From contig MU008194.1 of the NCBI GenBank assembly GCA_010909165.1, positions 310,001 through 374,000 on the forward strand: a DNA stretch of 64,000 bases, in the 5' to 3' direction. The position numbers and the translations under genes are program-made. This stretch comes from Anthoceros angustus (Eukaryota; Plantae; Anthocerotophyta). Below, one piece after another: positions 58,751 to 64,000 of this stretch (position 1 is its first letter; every line of letters begins with the position of its first letter). A model generated the notes under the pieces. The model searched no databases, was not told where the DNA came from, and worked only from the letters and a program-made list of their open reading frames with translations.

Positions 58751-61095
58751 TTACTTCGATTTGGAGCTTAGATTTGGGGCTGGAGTTGGTAAACTACCGA
58801 CATCAACTAGTTTCTGCAGCTCGAGCTTTGCAGAGTTCTGCGCGGACGTATCAGCGCAATTTCGGAAGGCAGAAACCACCCTGGCACCGTACCCCTGTGC
58901 CCACTTCTCAGCCCGACCCTGCAACGCAGTTGACCACAGCGTTTTGGCAAAGGAGGTAAAATTGGTCCCCTCGGGTGGTGGTTTCGCGTTCAGAACCAGT
59001 CTACGAAGCGTCCTGCTGGCATGATACTGCACCAATACATGCTCTTCCTTGATTGCTTCTCCCGAGTCCTGGGCATCCTCGGAAACAGCGGCCAGGTCAG
59101 CAATGGCTTGGTGCAGATCGCTAAGTTGTCCGCCAAGGACTGTCCAAAGCCTGCCGTCCAACCCAGCCATAGCCACCTCGTAAAGAACGTCTGTACCAAG
59201 AGGTGATCTCATAAGCTCCCCGGCGTGCTCGATGCAAGTTTGAGTGAGGCTCTTGGCGAGACCACTGTCTACTAGGAGCTCTTTCCTCCTAACCTCTGGA
59301 TCCTTTTTACTGATTCCTGCTCCCCAGCCCTGCCCACCCTCCTCCAACTCATCTTCAACCTCATCAACTTTCGCTGAATCGTTTGTCTGCACATCGTGCT
59401 TCACATTGTCGATATCATTCATTTCGGCATCTGCCCCTTCACCAACTTCAGCTGATGTGCCAGGGGCAGATTCCTGAACTGCCTGGTCAGGCTCCTGGGG
59501 AGCCTGCAAAAGCGCAAGCACATTCGGTGGGAAGTAGCGAGGTACCCCTGGTGCCAAAAGCTGTAACAGTACTCTCCGTCCATACTTGTCCATGGCCAAA
59601 TCCTTCAGCTCTTTCACCAGCTCCTTGATGATGAACTTTGATACTAGTGTTGTGTCATCTACGACCTCTAGAATGGCAAGCAATAGCACATGACCATACT
59701 CCTCCCGGGCAATTTTAGCCACATGTCCCTTCAAACCCTTCACGATCTTCTTCCTTTCTTTCGTGCTTCCTCGCATGACACAAGTCACTGCAACCTCGGC
59801 CCCATCTTTGGTATGAAGCATACGCACAAGCAGAGGACCAGCAAGATGTTGAATCACATCCTCGGCTAGCCGTCTTGAGGCAATGCTGAAATACTCAAGC
59901 ACAGCCCTATGGACTATGGAATGATCGACAATACCCTTCTCCAAAATGGGCTGTAGTGACAAGGTCATGTGCTGCAAAACTGTGTTCCTCTTTGAAGGCT
60001 CAGCCTTCAGCACATCCGCTATCCTGCCTGAGCCTCCAATTAAAATACCTTTAAACAACCGGAACTCGGGGGAGTAGAACTCAGATAACAATTCCTGCTT
60101 CTGAGTTTTGTTCCCCAGATTGAAAGCATGTTCAACCACAGCTGAGCCACTAGGATGACGGAGTAACGCCACAACCTGCCCGTGCAACTGCGAAATCATA
60201 TGCTCGGTCTGATCCTTCGTTGCATGGTCGAACATTTTGGTAACCAGGTGGTACGCATACGTGTTCCGAGCCAAGGTCAGGCAATGCGGCCGCAGCTCCT
60301 CGTAAACCGCAGTCCGCTCCTCCTTGGAACAGTACTTTACACAACACTGTAATACCCGGGATGTGATGTGGCCCACAGCCAACGCCACCATCTTTCCTTT
60401 CATCATCTCCAGAGCTTCCGTCGCGAATCGCCGACGTTCCTCCTTCGAGGCATGTCTCGCCCTCATTTTCTCCCATATCGCTACCAACTCCTTCTCCAAA
60501 TCGTAGTGAACCCTTCGCCGTTTCTTCCTAGCTTCCGTCAGCTCCTTCCTAGCTTTCCGATCCAATAGTGGCTTTCCAGCCGAGTCAGGCTTGCTTCCGT
60601 CCGCAGCGGAACCCTTACTCAGCTTGGGAGCCGATCCCTGTCCACTTGACACCTTCTTATCAAACACTTTGGCAGCGGAACCCCCTGCCCACTTCCCCTT
60701 CCTCGCACCTGCTTTGTCAGAGCCCTTGATGAACTTTCCTTCAGACGCCGCATTACCACCGTCTGCCTTCACCTGGCTCTGAACCGGTTTCTTTGCCTGA
60801 ACCAGGCTTCCTTTGCCTGAGCCTCGCCCCGGCTTACCATCCTTCACCGCAAACCGAGTAGCCCCCTTCACACTGTCAGCTGTCCTCCGCCTCTTCCTGC
60901 AAAAAGGAACTCAGTTCGTCACCCATCTCCTCCCTTAACAACACAAGTTCAGAACAAAATCCATTCTTCCGACACTGCACGCTTGGAGAACCAGCATGAA
61001 TTAAACAACAAATGCAGAGTCGCACAGAGGTCAACGTACACAGCAGGCTTCGCTGAGGCGCTTGCCTGGCGCTTGGTTCCGGGAGAGGCAGCCAT
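58751..61095 (-). CDS. PUM24: Pumilio/Puf-A family nucleolar protein (APUM24/PUM3/Puf6-like; CPL domain), 2 exons (short first exon MAASPGTKRQASASAKPAV)
   Basis: HITSRVLQCCVKY, LRHPSGSAVVEHAF, LLSEFYSPEF.LFK, MLHTKDGA, GSTKERKKIVKGLKGHV, VVDDTTLVSK, DKYGRRVLLQLLAP, KKDPEVRRKELL. An in-frame GT-AG intron joins the exon starting at ATG 61095. Confidence 0.9.
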
Positions 61096-61242
61096 CCCCC
61101 CTACACCTTCTTGCTCCGGTGAATAAGCCCTCTAAGCCCGAAACTCTCTTATCATAGGGCCCTTCTACTATTCTGGTGCTCATAGGTTCCGGGAGAGGCA
61201 GCCATCCCCAACTCCCTTCTTGCTCCGGTCAATAAACCCTTT

Positions 61243-61374
61243 AAACCCTAAACTGGTGCTCATAACGCTTTCACACTCCGAGGCAGCTTCTTTTACAGGT
61301 CTATATATCCGTTGGAAACAAGCAAGATGGGTTGGCGAGCATCCATGGTTGCCGCCTATCTTAGAAACCCTAAA
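61243..61374. promoter_or_regulatory. Two telo-boxes (AAACCCTAAA at 61243-61252 and 61365-61374) in the PUM24/SDA1 bidirectional promoter
   Basis: Exact telo-box matches; this motif is typical of plant ribosomal and ribosome-biogenesis gene promoters. Confidence 0.7.
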
Positions 61375-61514
61375 CTCAGATAGCTCGTTGGACACGAGTT
61401 CTATGTATAGCATCAGCTCAGCTTTTAGGGACGGAAGAAAATTCCCGTCTTGTATTTGAGCTGACCTGTGACAACTCACAGGGAGTGTAGTTGGAGGGAC
61501 ACAGGGGAGCAGCC

Positions 61515-64000
61515 ATGGTGGGTGCAGCAGGAGGGATGGAGAATGGGGACCTTTTGATGCTACAGACCAAAATTAAGAAGGATCCATCAGGATACGAGGA
61601 TGAACTCTTGTTGCAATTGCGCCACTTCCAGGCATGCATGTCCATTTTCCTGCTTAATCCACTTCAGGCTGGAGGTTCGTCTTCCCAGGATCCGGCGGCG
61701 GCAAAGGAGCTGGCGGATATGACCATGTTTCTCTCGCACATGGCTCCGCTGTTCCCACAGCATCTGAAGCAGCTCCCGCTACAGATTGTGCAGCTTCTAA
61801 GGTCGCAGACTCCGATGCAGCCGTCGCTCCGTCGTCATCTGACACAGTCCATCATTCTTCTGAGGAATCGGAAGGTGGGTTTTTTTGTTGATGTTTCAAG
61901 GACGGTTTTAGCGTTCTGGTTGCTCTCTTGTGGTAGTGAGTCGGGGAGAAACAGGTTGAGCTGTGTTGATAGGAGTTTTCGGTCTCTGTCTAGATGATCG
62001 AATTGGTGGAAATATTGCCGGTTCTGATGGAGCAGCAAAATCTTGGCGATAGGATTTTGAGAAAACTCTGTGCCCTTCACGTTGTCCAAGACATTCGGCG
62101 GATGAATCTGAAGCATAAGAATAACCCCCAAAATAAGGCTCTTCAGAACGTGCTGTTCAAGCTTGTGCAGGTGAGTTCTTGTTCTCTTCATTTGCTAGCG
62201 TAACGAGAGATTGTACTTAGTTTTCAAGTTGGCACACAATGCATTCAGCGCTCCTCATGGGTCTTCTCGAATGTGCCTGAAAGCTCAGGACGAAGATGAG
62301 GTGAAGGCCAAAAGGGCTTTAGTTGTTTTAGCCGAACTCCACAGGCGGAAAGTTTGGGTGGACGAGCGCACATCAAATGCCATCTGTACAGCGTGCTTTC
62401 ACAAGTCCTCTAGGTACTGCCACTCTTTCCTGCAGGAGAATGCTGAAGACTCTGACAATGGAACGGATTTCTTGTTGCTTCTAGATGCATCTCTTATCTG
62501 CAGAGTTCACTGACTTTCCATTGCTGACAGAATAATGATTTCTGCTTTGCGGTTCCTGCTCGGATATGATCGGGAGATCAAAGAGGCTGATGACTCTGAT
62601 GATGATGAGGCTGATGTCGAAAAGCCGTCTGGTGCAGTGTCTGTTGACCGTGAGGCGTTTTACAAGGTGAGATAGCTGATTTGAACAGGTGACCTTCTTA
62701 CAAAGAAGTCAGGCAAGCTGTTTTATCATTCTAATGAGGTGCCATCCTCTGGCAATGCAGGCTCATCACAAGGGAACGACATCTAGTCAAAAGAAAAAGC
62801 AGGCCAAATTGCAGCGAGCAATCAGAAGTATGAAGAAACAGCAGCGCCTTGAAAGTACAAAATCAGAATATGTTGGCTATATTCCTTTGAAGCATGTTTA
62901 TGATCCACAAGTGAGTCTCGTGTTAAAGCCAGAGTGTTTTGGTGCAGCCCCTTGATAAGAGGGACTTCCATTCACGAGATTTGCACTTCCACCTTATGCT
63001 TGATCACTGGGAGTGGCTGATCCGCTTCTGATGCTTTTTTGCATGTGTTTCTCTCAATCAGAAATTTGCTGAGAAGCTGTTTGAGAGGCTTCGTTCTTGT
63101 AATGAGCGCTTTGAGGTATGGAGTTTCTTCTCTCTAAGGTTATGGGTGATGTCGCTCAGCACTATTTGTTCTTATCCTAATAATCTGGCGTATGGCCTGC
63201 AGGTGAAATTGATGATGATGTCAGTGATATCAAGGGCTATTGGCATTCACAGGCTGATCCTTCTCAATTTCTATCCCTTTCTTCAAAAATATATACAGGT
63301 TAGCGTTTGCTCAGACCCTTGCTACTATCTCACAGTTCCAGCCACCAGAACTTGCTTCTCATATCTCCTCTGTGCTGCAAATGCAGCCACATCAGCGGGA
63401 TGTAACTCATCTTCTTGCTGCAGCTGTCCAAGCCTGTCATGACCTGGTACACCAATCATAAACTGTTGAAACTTTGGTGAAGCCACCTCCAGCTACTTTT
63501 CAGTTTGCCAGGAACATAAAATTTGAGTGCTTACAGGTACCCCCTGATGCTGTAGAGACACTAGTGAGGCAACTCGTGAACCAGTTTGTGCATGACCGAG
63601 CTCGCCCAGAGGTACTTGTTTTCTTCCAGTTATTTTCATCGGAGTATGGTGATGGGTCTTGTGTAGCTTCAAATCTTTGCCTTCAAACCAATCTTCACAT
63701 GATAAGAGTCTCAGAGTGATGGCTTGTAGAAACGTTTCTTGATGACGCCACTTATTTTCGGCCATATGTACAGGTGATAGCTGTGGGCCTAAATGTGGTC
63801 AGGGAGATGTGCATCCGGATGCCTCTGGTTTGCTGCCATGCTTACTCCCAACTCTCACTGAGAAAGTTGCTTCTACTGGTCATCAATTTTTTGTGTCTTT
63901 GAGCTTTCCATTCCAAGAGAGTCACATCGTGGCTTGTGTGCATATCAGATCATGACAGAAGAATTGCTTCGGGATCTTGCTGCTTACAAGAAGTCTCGGG
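61515..64000 (+). CDS. SDA1: SDA1 / SDAD1 pre-60S biogenesis and export factor, multi-exon, 3' end beyond the window
   Basis: [132 protein letters not shown]. Confidence 0.93.

Overview
This is compact-genome land-plant nuclear DNA with ~80-120 bp spliceosomal introns. It is most likely hornwort (Anthoceros-like), judging by gene density and a DYW:KP/'DRH'-type PPR protein; a fern cannot be excluded. Host genes: CCD8 (strigolactone pathway; three 1-bp frameshifts in this assembly), a plastid-type TPR protein, KRTCAP2, EEF1AKMT1 (plus a 3'-truncated duplicate at the window start), a DUF946/Vps62-like gene, a PLS-class PPR-E-DYW:KP(DRH) candidate U-to-C RNA editing factor, RPS15, a PPR-SMR protein, a DUF1068 gene, tRNA-Pro(AGG), and the head-to-head pre-60S biogenesis pair PUM24/SDA1. 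Two full-length Ty3/gypsy LTR retrotransposons occupy ~26 kb. The first is a 17.3-kb minus-strand element with a perfect AGGTG TSD and 3.6-4.4 kb LTRs that each contain an ORF remnant. The second is an 8.9-kb Tat-like element with an archaeal-type RNase H followed by a second, degenerate RNase H-like fold. A long inverted repeat abuts the CCD8 start. Duplicated regions carry many homopolymer/dinucleotide contractions, typical of unpolished long-read consensus, so frameshifts and some duplications may be assembly artefacts. No databases or programs were run; all assignments are by eye.
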